Assembly (NCBI RefSeq): GCF_009914755.1
Contig: NC_060926.1
Length of the DNA: 64,000 bases
Direction: 5' to 3' (one strand)
Origin: the human T2T-CHM13v2.0 reference genome, Homo sapiens
A model generated the notes under the pieces. That model made no database searches and was not told the DNA's origin. It worked only from the letters and a program-made list of their open reading frames with translations. The position numbers were made by a program, and so were the translations under genes. Below, piece after piece: positions 26,083 to 39,539 of the stretch; position 1 is the first letter of the stretch, and each line of letters starts with the position of its first letter.

Positions 26083-27900
26083 CAGTCCTGTTGGACCATC
26101 TGTGAGACTGGTTTTGAACCCAGTGACCTCCATCTCTGGGGGCAGTCTGATCTCCAGTGGTCCTGCCACAAGCTGGACAGAGTTGAGGTGGCTTCCTCTT
26201 GCTGCCTGGGCACTCCTTCTTAAAGTGCCCTGACTTGCCACACTGGTAGCAACTAGTGGACGCACCTCAGGGATCCTGGACTTTGCAAGCCTACAAAGCA
26301 GTTACTAGAGCCTCAATCCTTCTCTTGTGTTTTCTATCTTTCTCTTGGGCCTCCTCCTGGTCTCTCTTATGAAAGACTGAGGTGGCTACCCTTAGGAGGT
26401 TTTCCAAGGTGCTATCTGGCCCTATAGCCTGCTTCTGCAGTTTCCTCCTAATATTGGGAGCTGCCTGTGCAATAAACTTTTCCTTTACAATTAGCTGTTT
26501 CTTGACTGAATCGGGGATAAGGAGGTATTTTTATTAGTGCCTCTCTCAGCCTTTCCATAAAGGATGTGGAATTCACATCTGGCTTTTGGTCTATCACAGA
26601 TAGTTTAGGGTAATTAAGAGGTTTGGCCCTAGTTCTTCATAGGTCTCTAATATGCACATTAAAAACTGTTTCCTTTTCCGGATGAGTTCAGGTCCTTTGC
26701 AGGGACATGGATGAAGCTAGAAACCATCATTCTTAGCAAACTATCACAAGGACAGAAAACCAAACACCGCGTGTTCTCACTCATAGGTGGGAATTGAACA
26801 ATGAGATCACTTGGACACAGAGTGGGGAACATCACACACTGGGGCCTGTTAGGGGGTGGGGGGCTGGGGGACGGATAGCATTAGGAGAAATACCTAATGT
26901 AAATGACGAGTTGATGGGTGCAGCAAACCAACATGGCACATGTATACCAATGTATCAAACCTGTGTGTTGTGCACATATACCCTAGAACTTGAAGTATAA
27001 TAATTTTTAAAAAAGTGTTTCCTTTTCCATTCATCTGTGAAGTCACTGGGGTTCCATTCAGGGTTGTCAAGAGGTACTGCCTCTCTTCCTATTGGGATTA
27101 ATGGTTTCCCTATTTCTTCACCTTGACTATGTTCTCTCTTCCTTTTTGGCTTACTATAGGAGACATATTGCTTCTCTCCAAACTTCTCTGCTGCCTACAG
27201 AGCTGGCTGTTTTTCAGCTGCAGTTAGGGTTTGGCTTAGGAGCAGCATAACATCCATCCATGAGAGGTCAAACACCTGAGTTAAATTTTAGAAAGCTTCT
27301 ATATACCTATCAGGGTTGTCAGAAAATCAGCTTAAGTCTCCCTTTATTTGCGTATTTCATTTATTTGTGATGAGAAGGGAACATGAATCCTAGTGGCATC
27401 ACCTCCATTGGGCATTTCCTGTAGGTTTAAGAGCGAAGCTGGGAGGGTGGAGAGTTTTGGAGATGGTGGAACTGGAGGAGCTGATGGCACAGTTGGAGGG
27501 GGCCCAAATAAGGGGGACAAGAAGGGCCTGGACACTCAATAGCTGCCTCAGATAGTTCCCCCAGAAGTTGCTTCTCTAATTTTGTGGAATCATTCCCTAT
27601 GGGCCTGCCTACTATGACTGCTAAAAGAGCTGGGTAGATTGTGTCATGCTTGCAAAAGTCTAGTAAGAAGGCTATATCCTTCTGCAAAAGCAGAGTTTCA
27701 GAGGAGTGCAGGCTGAAGATGGTCTGTTACCCATGTAGAAAGCAAAGTGAGAAAAAAGGTGTCCCTTTAGTCTCTTTCCTTTCCTTTGGAATGGCCCAAA
27801 GTGGAGGGGAAAATAGAGGGGGCATCCCCTCAACTGTTTTCCCTCCTTGGTTCCCTTCCCCAGCATCCATTAAAAGTGCCGCCCATGGATGCAGGCATGA
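26083..27900 (-). pseudogene. ERV gag remnant (frameshifted, L1-interrupted)
   Basis: Intact CCHC knuckle CYQCGKSGHFKKEC at 26210-26251. A second, frameshifted knuckle (CPACG..HWRSDC) lies downstream. Ends MVQQD-TGA. Pro-rich p12-like segment near 27400-27530. Confidence 0.8.
26680..27009 (+). mobile_element. 5'-truncated L1PA 3' end inserted in ERV gag
   Basis: L1PA ORF2 end plus 3' UTR. 19-bp TSD aaaaa(c/g)tgtttccttttcc at 26661-26679 and 27010-27028. Confidence 0.92.
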
Positions 27901-29103
27901 CCCTTAGCCATGGAAATGGAGGAACTGAGTGATTGGGAGTAGTCACGCTCACCCCACCCGTGTGACTCTACTCCTCCACTGGTGGTTTCCCTTTGACTTC
28001 CTAGACCTGTGTTACCTGTGTGGCTCCCCAATAAATGGATCTCAGGTAAGACTATGTAACAGTTGCATTTGGCAAGGCCCCTTAATGGAGGGAGTCCTGG
28101 ACTAAAACATTTATTTTTAGGCAGTGGCTCTGGTTAAGTTGCAGACATAAAATCCCCTTACTATTTAAGTACCATTCTAATTGGAGGCAGAATAGGTGCC
28201 TTAAAGAAACACAGGGACTGAATGGCAGTCTTCCTGGTGATGGGACAGTATCAAGACTAGAATTTTGTTTTGGAGAACATTTTCCTCACCATTGTTGAGT
28301 TTTCCTGTTCACAGAAGGGACATAAAGCCTGGTCTTTAGTAGAGGGGTGCCAAAAAGGAGGAGAATTAGGGAACTAGAGTGTTTCATCAAAGGGAGGATT
28401 CTTATTCCACTAGGTGGTGCTGTTGGCCTTAAAATACCATGTGCTCTCCAGACCAAGGGTAAAGAGAGAGACACTCACTAGGGTGGGGTGGGGGATGATG
28501 GCGGGGGAGAGAAGACCCCATGTTTCTAGGAAATCACAAAAACAGCAATCCCTTGAGCTATATTCCTGGTTACTGTGGCATTTCCTGATCTTGACTAACA
28601 GGATTACTTCTCTGAATTGTAAAAATTCCCACAGTATTGCATACAGAGAGTGGATAGGAGACATGGTGGTCGCAGACAGAAAAGGAGGAAAATTGTGATA
28701 TGAAAAGCTTGGAGATCCTGTTTCCAATTCCCATCAGGCTGTCAGAGGCTGGGGTTAGTCCAGAAGGCTTCAGATAACACCAGGGTGTGGCCCTGGCCAG
28801 GAACCCTCAGTTACCTCTGAACCTCTTCCAGCCTCATGTGACAGCTAGGCTTTCTGTGAAAAGAAACTGGTTCAAAACAAAGCCAACATTCCCAGCACCC
28901 TGAGGGCAGAGGGATTTGCTAAGTTCTCCTGGCAAGCCTGTTCCCCAAGTCTTGTTAGGCTTGCAGCCACACTAACTGTTTTTAAATGACTGAAGGGGGC
29001 GCAGTGTTTGGTTTGATTTTAAAATGGAGGATGGAGGCCTCAAAATGAAAACAAAGGGTTGGGGTCTGCTGCTATACTCACCCTTCTGATGAATCTACCT
29101 TGG

Positions 29104-29121
29104 ATCCTGGATGGGCCCCCA
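29104..29121 (-). other. Primer-binding site, tRNA-Pro
   Basis: TGGGGGCCCATCCAGGAT versus canonical Pro PBS TGGGGGCTCGTCCGGGAT (3 transitions). Confidence 0.85.
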
Positions 29122-29124
29122 AAA

Positions 29125-30005
29125 TGAAGCAGTGCCATTGTCTGGGGTAAATACCTGAGATTCGTTGTCTTATGGCCATGGAAAACTAGGACACAGACAC
29201 ACAAAGAGTGAGGAAGAGAGCAGAAGTTTAATCGGTAAAAGAAAGAGAAAAGCTCTCTCCTGCAGAGAGACGGGTCCAGAGCACATTTTCTGGTCCACGG
29301 CAAAATGCAAGGGGTTTTATAGATGAGCTTGAGGAGGTGGTGTCTGATTTACATAGAACATGAAAGATTAGTCGGAGCAGGTGTGCCATTTGCATAGCAT
29401 GTGAAAATCTGGCTGTCCCCATCCTAACTTTTTCTTATGCAGATGAGTTCTTTGCTGGGTTGGCACCATGTTGCCTGCCTCTTTACTGTACACATGGTGA
29501 CAAAGAAAAGGGAAGATGGAGCCTCCATGTTGAACATACCCTTTTCCATTGGCACAGCTGCCGGCATTCACCTGTGCAAGCTTCCAGCTTGCTTATCTAT
29601 GTCTGTACTCAAAAGAGTAGCTTTTTTCAAGCTACTCTTTGCTAGAAAAGCCTCCATGTTGAACATACCCTTTTCCATTGGCACAGCTGCTGGCATTCAC
29701 CTGTGCAAGCTTCCAGCTTGCTTATCTATGTCTGTACTCAAAAGAGTAGCTTTTTCAAGCTACTCTTTGCTAGAAAAGCCTCCATGTTGAACATACCCTT
29801 TTCCATTGGCACAGCTGCTGGCATTCACCTGTGCAAGCTTCCAGCTTGCTTATCTATGTCTGTACTCAAAAGAGTAGCTTTTTCAAGCTACTCTTTGCTA
29901 GAAAAGGAATGATTTGTGGCTACTTTTTTTGTTAAAAGGGAAATTCTGCTGAGGACTCTTGCCCTTACTATCTGCCTAAACAATTTCTTTCTAGCTCCTG
30001 TATCA
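29125..30005 (-). repeat. 5' LTR of the Pro-primed ERV, expanded by an internal triplication
   Basis: Aligns to 20710-21433. TATAAAA at 29315-29321. Contains a 3x128-bp tandem array. Confidence 0.9.
29521..29905. repeat. Tandem triplication, 129/128/128-bp units
   Basis: Units start at 29521, 29650 and 29778 (gcctccatgttgaacatac...). They differ only by one C/T and one T in a T-run. Confidence 0.97.
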
Positions 30006-30990
30006 GTTTTTCCATTAAATTGCTTTGCACCTTGATGAAAAATGAGTTATCCATATATGTCTATTTCTGGGCTCTCTTTTCTGTTCCACTAAATTATTTA
30101 TCTTTACATCAGTACCACATTGTTTTGATTATGGTAGTGTTATCATAAGTCTTAAAGTCAGGTAATGTTAGCCTTCTAATTTTGTTCTTCTTTTTCAAAA
30201 TTGTTTTGGCTGTTGAAGATCCTTTGGATTCTGATTTGAGCTTCACAACCAGTTTGCCGATTTCTACAAAAGTGTTACTGGGATTTTGATTGGGATTGCA
30301 TGGAATTAAAGATCAATTTGGGGAAAATTGACATCTTAACAATATTGAGTCTTTTGACTCAATGAACAAGAAGTATCTATCCATTTATTTAGTCTCCAAC
30401 TTTTCTCAGCAATGTTTAGTAGTTTATAATTTATAGATCTTTTATATTTTTGTCATTTTTATTCCAAAATATTTCATATTTTTGATGCTCTTATAAGTAG
30501 CATTCTTTTTTAAATTTTCCAATTGCTTGCTGTGAATATATAGAAATACAATTGATTTTGTAGATTAATCTTCTATCCTGAAATCTTGCTATCCTCATTT
30601 ATTAGTTATAGTAGTTTTGTAGATTCTGTTGGAGTTTCTGCATATATGACCGTGTCATCTATGAATAAAGACAGCTTCATGTCTTTCTTTCTAATCTATT
30701 TTATTTATTGCCTGATTGTACCAGCTAGAACCTCCAGTAGTAGCTAGGATAGTTAGTAGGTTAACTCTAAAGTTTTGTAGCTGTCCTTTATCAGCTTAAG
30801 GAGGGTCCTTTCTGTTCCTAGTTTGATGAGAAGTTTTATCAGGAATGGATGTTGGATTTTGTCAAATAATGCTTCTGCACCTATGAGATGATCATATGAT
30901 TTTTCTTTTCAGTTTGTTAATATGGCAAGTTATCTTACTGATTTTGTATGTTAAACAAACCCTACATTTCTGGAATAAACTCCATTTAGT
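30006..30990 (-). mobile_element. Continuation of old L1M (ORF2 region)
   Basis: gggattttgattgggattgcatggaat...gacatcttaacaatattgagtc. Confidence 0.75.
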
Positions 30991-31904
30991 CCAGGCCTAC
31001 TTTTACCTTTCCTTTTCTAAGCTCCATGAAGGCCTTTGCTTTCCACTGACACTGTCTTTCTTCAGACCGTACAGTAGAAAATATCATCATTTGTCTTGGA
31101 GCTTTCTTGTGGAAATCACATCTCAACCCCATTCTTGTTGCCTTAATTCTATTTGTGGGTTTCCAAATCTCCCTAAATCTCTTATTCAAAGATGGTCTCT
31201 TGGGTTGTTTCTAAAAATGGTTAGTGACCTCCATTTGAGCTGACTTCACTCTCTGAGTGATTTTGCTTTCAAAGTACTTTAATTTCCAAATCAGGGTGGT
31301 ACACTTCTACTTTATGGGCTGGATAAAGGCTTAAACTAAATCACAGGTGGCATAGCAGTACTTTCTAAAACATTCCACTCCCTCAGTGTGATGAAATACT
31401 CTGCCTTCTGGAATTTTCCCTGCTCCTTTGTCCTTAATTATATTCCCAGAGAGGTTGTGTGACTCATCTGTATGAGCTAGAGAAAATCTATGCATCTCTT
31501 TTTAGTAAATTTCTGTTTTGACTTGTGCATTCTAGTCAGGTAAATTCCTGTTTGTTAGTAAGAGCAGTTATTTTCAGAAAGGCTAAACCCAAATCTGAAC
31601 TGGTCCTAGCTTGTTTGAGTTTCTTAAAAAATGAAATCTGGAATCTGTCATTTGTGCTTGTTATTTATCATAATAGTTGTGGCTTTGTTATTTCCATCAG
31701 TACTCTTATTTTTGGCTGTAGGTCCTCACGACCTACATCATTCCTCCACTCCTTCCTCCTTATTTTCCCACTGCCATCCTACTTCCCAGAAAAACCTGAG
31801 ATTTGTTTGGTGGACTGTCCCTCTGGGAGGACTGGCTAGGGAAAGGACTGAATAAGCTTACTCTTAGAAATGAGCAATGACCTCTAAGGGTCTACAAATA
31901 TTAA

Positions 31905-32262
<358 letters not shown>

Positions 32263-32946
32263 TATTTCTGTCTTTGAGTCCCAAACCTTTCCAAGTGTCA
32301 GTGCCTAGTCGGAATTAACAGTCTTTTTAACATTCAGACCTGAATTTTGTGGCCTGTGTTACTTACCGCAGTCCCTGGAAGATTTGAGGGGCCCCTTCCA
32401 GTGCTCACACTCACCTCTAGTATCTGGGGATACTCAGGGGGCACCTCACATGCCCTCATGGCAGCTTGCCAGTGCTCCTTTAGGCAGCTACTTCCTTAGC
32501 AGCCTCCACAGCTCCATGCCCAGGCCCAGAACGCTGCCCCACCTTCCATTGCATGTGCTGAGCACCTGCCTCTAGGCCCCCTCAAGGTTCCAGTGGCCCA
32601 CTGTGTTCCCTGTGCTTGCCTGTCTCTAGGCTTCTGCTCAGTCTGCAGCATTAGCAGGTCCCTGCTCCACTGAAGCCACTCACCTCCAGTCGACAGCATG
32701 ATGCTCTGCCTTCTGAGCTGACAGACCTATCTTATTTTTAGATTTGGAAGCAGGTCTCCTCTTCTGTACTCTACTTGTCTCAAAAGGGCCCCACATTAGT
32801 ATTGCTTGGGCCCCAAAAGTTCAGTAGGTCAGATTTTAGTTTATATATAGTTCTTTTAAGGTCTAGTTTAAGGAACTGCCACCATATTTACCCAGAACCA
32901 GCATTCTCCTCTTGCAATATGACCCTTGTTCTGAGTTATCTAACTC

Positions 32947-33227
32947 TGAGGTCCTCAACATTTTTGGCACCAGGGACCAGTTTCATGGAAGACAGTTTTT
33001 CCACAGACTGGCCAAGGGGATGGTTTCAGGATGATTCAAGCACATTACATCTATTGCGCACTTTATTTCTACTATTATTACATTGTAATATATAATTATA
33101 CAGCTCACCATACTGTAGAATCAGTGGGATACCAGAGCTTGTTTTCCTGCAACTAGATGGTCCCATCTGGCAGTGATGGGAGACAGTGACAGATCATCAG
33201 GCATTAGATTCTCATAAGGAGTGCAAA
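32947..33227 (+). mobile_element. MER1A-like (hAT-Charlie) DNA transposon, 3'-truncated
   Basis: caacatttttggcaccagggaccagtttcatggaagaca...caggcattagattctcataaggag. Confidence 0.8.
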
Positions 33228-33782
33228 AACCTATTAGAACTGATACATTCAGTAAAGTGTCAGCATACAAAGTCAGCATACAAAAATCAGTAGCATTTCT
33301 ATATGCCAACAGCAAGCAATCTGAAAAAGAAATTTAAAAAAATCCCATTTGCAATAGCTACAAATAAAATTAACTACCAAGGAATTAACCAAAGAAGTGA
33401 AAGAACTCTGCAATGAAAACTATAAAACATTGACACAAGAAATTGAAGAGGAAACAACAAAATGGAAAGATATTCCATATTCATGGATTGGAAGACTCAA
33501 TATTGTTAAAATTTTCATACTACCCCAAACAATCTACAGATTCAATGCAATCCCTGTCAAAATACCATTGACATTCTTCACAGAAATGGAAAAAGAAAAC
33601 AGTTTTATATTTATATGGAATCACAAAAGACCCAGAATAGCCAAAGCTATCCTGAGTAAAATGAACGAAACTGGAGAAATCACATTATCTGGTTCAAATT
33701 ATACTACAGAGCTATAGTAACCAAAACAGCATGCTACTGGCATAAAAATAGATACATAAACCAATGGAAGAGAATAAAGAAC

Positions 33783-34183
33783 TGATATGATTTGGATTTG
33801 TGCCCCCTCCCAAATCTCACATCAAACTGTAATCCTCAGTGTTGGAGGTGAAGCCTGATGGCAGGTGATTGGCTCATGGGGGCAGAGTTCTTATGAATGG
33901 TTTCGCACCATCCCCTCCATGCTGTTCTCATGATAGTGAATGAGTGAGTAATCATGACAGCTGGTTGTTTTAAAAGTGTGTGACACCTCCCCCTCCCCTG
34001 CCATGTAAGATGTCTGCTTTGCTTTCTGCCATGAGTTAAGAGCTCCCTCAGGCCTCCCCAGAAGCAGAGGTGCCCATGCTTCCTGTACAGGCTGCGTAAC
34101 TGTGAGGCAATTTAACTTCTTTTCTTTATAAATTACCCAGTCTCAGGTATTTCTTTACAGAAATGTGAGAAAGAACTGATACA
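33783..34183 (+). mobile_element. MSTA-like MaLR solo LTR
   Basis: tgatatgatttggatttgtg...tttctttataaattacccagtctcaggtatttcttta...ctgataca. TSD agaac/tgaac. Confidence 0.85.
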
Positions 34184-34528
34184 TGAACCCAGAAACAAAT
34201 CCATACATCTACAGTGAAATCATTTTCAACAAAGCTGCCAAGAACATTGTCGACAAAAGAACATTCTCTTCAAAAATAAATGGTGCTGGGAAAATTGGAC
34301 ATCCAAATGCAGAAGAATGAAACTAGACCCCTATCTCTTGCCATGTACAAAAATCAAGTCAAAATGGATTTAAAGACTTACATCTAAGACCTCAGACTAT
34401 GAAAATACCACAAGAAAACGTTGGGGAAACTCTCCAAGACATTTGAGTGGGGAAAGATTTCTTGAATAATACTCCACAAACATGGGCACCTAAAGCAAAA
34501 ATGGACAAATGGGGAGCACATCAAGTTA

Positions 34529-34921
<393 letters not shown>

Positions 34922-36299
34922 TCATAACCTGATTATATAAGGAGCTCAAACAACTCAATGGGAAAAAAACCAATAATCTGATTTTAGATTGGGCAAAAGA
35001 TCTGAATAAACATTTCTCAAAAGAAGACATGCAAATGGCAAACAGGTATATGAAAATGTGCTCAACATCACTGATCATCAGAGAAATGCAGATCAAAACT
35101 ACAATGAGATATCATTTCACCCCAGTTAAAATGGCTTTTATCTAAAAGACAGGCAACACATGCTGGCAAGGATGTGGAGAAAAGGGAACCCTCATACACT
35201 ATTGGTGGGAATGTAAATTAGTACAACCACTATGGAGAACAGTTTGAAGGTTCCTCAAAAAACTAAAAGTAGAACTACATACGATCTAGCAATCCCACTC
35301 TTAGGTATATACCCAAAAGAAAGGAAATGAGTATATCAAAGAGATATTTGCACTCCCATGTTTATTGTAGCATTGTTCACAATAGCCAAGATTCGGAAGC
35401 AACCTGTGTCCATCAACAGATGAATGGCTAAGGAAGATGTGGTACATACACATAATGGAGTACTATATTCAGCCATAAAAAGAATGAGATCCTGTCATTT
35501 GTAACAACATGGATGAAACTGAAGGTCATTATGTTAAATAACCCAGGCACAGAAACACAAACTTCACATGTTCTCATTTATTTATGGGAGCTAAAAAGTA
35601 AAACAAATGAATTCACAGAGATAGAGTAAAAGGATGGTTACCAGAGGCTGGGAAGGGTAGTAGGGGGGCAGGGAGAGGAAGGAGTGACGGTTAATGGGTA
35701 CAAAAAATATAGTCAGATAGAATGAATAAGATATAGTATTTGATAGCACCACAGGGTGACTACAGTGAACAATAATTTATTGCACATTTCAAAATAACTA
35801 AAAGAGTATAATTGGATTGTTTGTAACACAAAGAAAGGCTAAATGCTTGAGGTGATGGGTACCCCATTTACCCTGATATGATTATTACTCACTGTATGCC
35901 TGTATCAAAATATCTCCTGTGCACCCTAAATATATACACCTACTATGTACCCACAAAAACTTAAAATTATAAAAATAAAGTAAAATAAAATAAAATGCTC
36001 AGTAAACTTCATATAAACTGAAGTTGAGTTCACTTCAAGCTGGACTCTTCCCTATTGCAATAGCGTATTACTGATTAAAGTCTGTTGTTTCCACCTTAAC
36101 TAGTGTCTGGCTTTGTTTATCTTTGACACTTCGAAGTCTGTTAAGCTGTATGACCTGGGGAATTTACTTAACATCTCTGTGCCTCAGTTTCCTCACTTGT
36201 AAAATAGGAGATAAAAATAATACCCCCCCCATAGGGTTGTTGTGAGCTCTGAATGAGTTAACATGTATAATGTATTTAGAACAGTAGGTGTTACCTTAA

Positions 36300-36704
36300 G
36301 TCAAATTAGGTTTAGCTTAAATCTGCCTCTTGGTAAATTTGGCCTAAAGGTTTCTCCATATATAATGATGTAACCTAACTGGGTGTGGAAACAGACTGTA
36401 ACCTACTTTTGTAATGAGTAACCAAGTCTCAGCCCATCACAGAAGCCATACTTCAACCACGTGTAGGTGGCCAACTGATCAAATCGTGTTCAAATAGGGC
36501 AAATGCAGAACTGTAACCAATCTGTTTCTGCATGTCAATTCTGTTTTCTGTACCTTGCTTTCCCTTTTCTGTCCGTAAATCCTCTCCGACCACACAGCAC
36601 TGCCTGAGTCACTCTGAACCTACTCTGGTTGAGGAACTGCCCAATTTGTGAATTGCTCAATTAAACTCTGTTAAAATTAATTCATCTAATGTTTTTCTTT
36701 TAAC
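36300..36704 (+). mobile_element. MER57-like ERV1 solo LTR
   Basis: ggcctaaaggtttctcc...taacctaactgggtgtggaaacagactgtaacctac...ctgtaaccaatc...ttaaactctgttaaa. Confidence 0.75.
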
Positions 36705-36714
36705 CCTAATTTTT

Positions 36715-36804
36715 TTGAGCTTTTGATTGATTTTATTTTTGTTTTTTCTTTTTTATTATTATTATTATACCCCAAGTTCTAGAGTACATGTGCACAACAT
36801 TCAG
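36715..36804 (-). mobile_element. Extremely 5'-truncated L1PA insertion
   Basis: ~43 nt of L1PA terminus (ttattata..aagttctagagtacatgtgcacaac..cag) plus T-rich tail, flanked by 15-bp TSD ttaaccctaattttt (36700-36714 / 36805-36819). Confidence 0.85.
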
Positions 36805-37414
36805 TTAACCCTAATTTTTATTAACAATGCAAGCTCTTTAATGCTAGTAAGATATAGCTATTGAAATAAGAAATATATATGTATGTATTTACATATACAC
36901 ATACACACACATCTATATTATGCATAGCAAAGTCAACTGGATTAAAAAAATAAACTTTTCATTGGGTCAGTTATTGACAAACAACAGAGTTCCTTGATAC
37001 GGAGCTTCGGATATTGACCTAGAACAGGATTGATTAATATGCAAGACCATAAATGTAAATACATTTTAGGCCAAAAAAACAAATACTATTTGAGCAGTTC
37101 TTTCATAAACTACATACCTGGAAATTGCAAAGGTCAGATTAAAATTTCAAACTGAACTAGATCCTCCATGGGATTTGTGAAGTCTTGCCAAGTCAATGAC
37201 ACCAAAGAGTGGGGGGTGGGGTAATGGTGGTCAAATCTGTGTCTTTGACTGTCAGGCCTCTCCCAGGACCTAGCTCCAGGAGAGCTCATGGGATGCAAAA
37301 CTTCTGGGGTGCCATGCTGCTCCCTTGCTGGTTGTGTAACCAAATGAAAAGACAGAAGATCAAGTTTTCCACCCTTTGCCCTGTCTAGAGCAATTCACTT
37401 TTGGATTCACTTTC

Positions 37415-37520
37415 CCAGAAGGCGGAAATTGCAGTGAGCTGAGATCATGCCACTGCACTCCATTCTGGGTGACAGAGTGAGACTCTGTCTCAAAAAAATA
37501 AACAAATAAAAATAAAAGAA
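37415..37520 (+). mobile_element. 5'-truncated Alu (right-arm end)
   Basis: ggcggaaattgcagtgagctgagatcatgccactgcactcc...gactctgtctcaaaa. Confidence 0.85.
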
Positions 37521-38614
37521 ATTACAACTCTTTCTAAGGGTGCACTCTCACAGGGCATTGTGTAGCTTTTTGTCCTGCTTTATTTTCTGCATAGTTCTTA
37601 GGACGGTTAGACAGTCTTAGTCCAGTCTTCTTATATAATAAGAACCCGAGCAAGGTTATGTGCTAATGTTTTATTGAGGGGTGCTAGCCCAGTGAAAAAG
37701 GGCAGGGAGGCAGCTAATGAGGGAACGCAGGTACAAGGTGAGGCATTTGGAAGCTGGCCACTGCTTCCCCAGAAGACATCGCTGGTGGCTCATCTCCTGT
37801 TCATCTGCTGGTTCCTTCTTATCTCTGTCTCTTATGGATCTACATTCATTCTTCAGAGTGTTGACTCCCCTGAACCTCCCTGTTGTCTTATGTGGTCCCT
37901 TGGGGCAGCAGCTAGGGAAGCCATTCTGGACTTGGGCACAGGAATTGCAGCAGCTCCTTAACCTGTTAGGAGTTAGGAAGAAGCTGGGGTTTTACTACCA
38001 AGGAGACTGTGCAGGTTGGTGCTGGGGTAACTCCTGGCATAGGCCTGGAAGGCAGGTGGGGCCAAGTGGATCTGGGGTCTGCACAAACTGGGTCCAGGAC
38101 CCTGATAATGTATATTTACTTGTTTATTATTTTCTCTCTCATTTGGAAGCATAGAGATTACTTGTTTTGCTCATTGTTCACTGTATCCACAGTCATAAGA
38201 ACAGTGTCTGGCATATACCAGGCATTCAATAAATATTTGTTGAATGAATTTATTGAGTTGCTACTGTGTCAGGAATTGTTATAGCTGCTAGAAGACACAA
38301 GAATTCCACCTCCCAGATGGAAAAATTAAGACGAGAAGGGACTTTCTTGGTGCTATTCAAAATGGGAGCTGTTTCTCTATTTTCAGACATTTGGCCTTTA
38401 GTTTACAAGAGACAGTGTGTTTCAGAATATAAGTACTCTTGATTTGACTTTGCCTGTCTTCTTGTAAGAAATGGGCCTAAGAGAAAGATTAAATTGACTC
38501 CTTTTTCCAGCATTTGGTCTCTTTGTGCTTCATTTTCCTGATTTAGAAGATAAGCATGGCACCATGACACCGAACAAATGGATGTGCAGAAGAATAGACT
38601 CCCTGAGCGCGTGA

Positions 38615-39320
<706 letters not shown>

Positions 39321-39539
39321 TTTATAGCACTAACTCTAAAGAACTTGACTTTACAAAATGGTGATGTCCAGGCCCGCTCCCTGCTGTCTCTTGCCTTCTG
39401 TGGCTGCCTCCTTTTGCTCTTCTCCTTGGCCCCAGACCAAGACCATCAAGGCAGTCAGAACAGGTCACAGAGGAATCCAGAAATCCAAGAAGAGGGTTTT
39501 GTGCCAAGCAAATAAAAGAAACTATCATCCATCTAAGGT

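Larger units (their letters stand above)
20710..30005 (-). mobile_element. ERV1 provirus, tRNA-Pro primed (HUERS-P3 / LTR25-MER50-like), defective gag-pro-pol
   Basis: LTRs at 20710-21433 and 29125-30005. PBS-Pro at 29104-29121 and PPT GAGGGGGGAT next to the left LTR. Near-TSD cttt/gttt. The flanks rejoin as continuous L1M. Gag, protease, RT, RNase H and integrase motifs are present. Confidence 0.92.

Noticed and set aside
29521-29905. CRISPR-like array (regular repeats with a palindrome)
   Set aside because: The whole 128-bp unit is repeated, so there are no unique spacers. There are no cas genes, and the context is a primate LTR.
29437-29912. ORFs with internally repeated peptide (ASMLNIPFSIGTAAGIHLCK...)
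   Set aside because: By-product of the DNA triplication in the LTR. The frame shifts between units.
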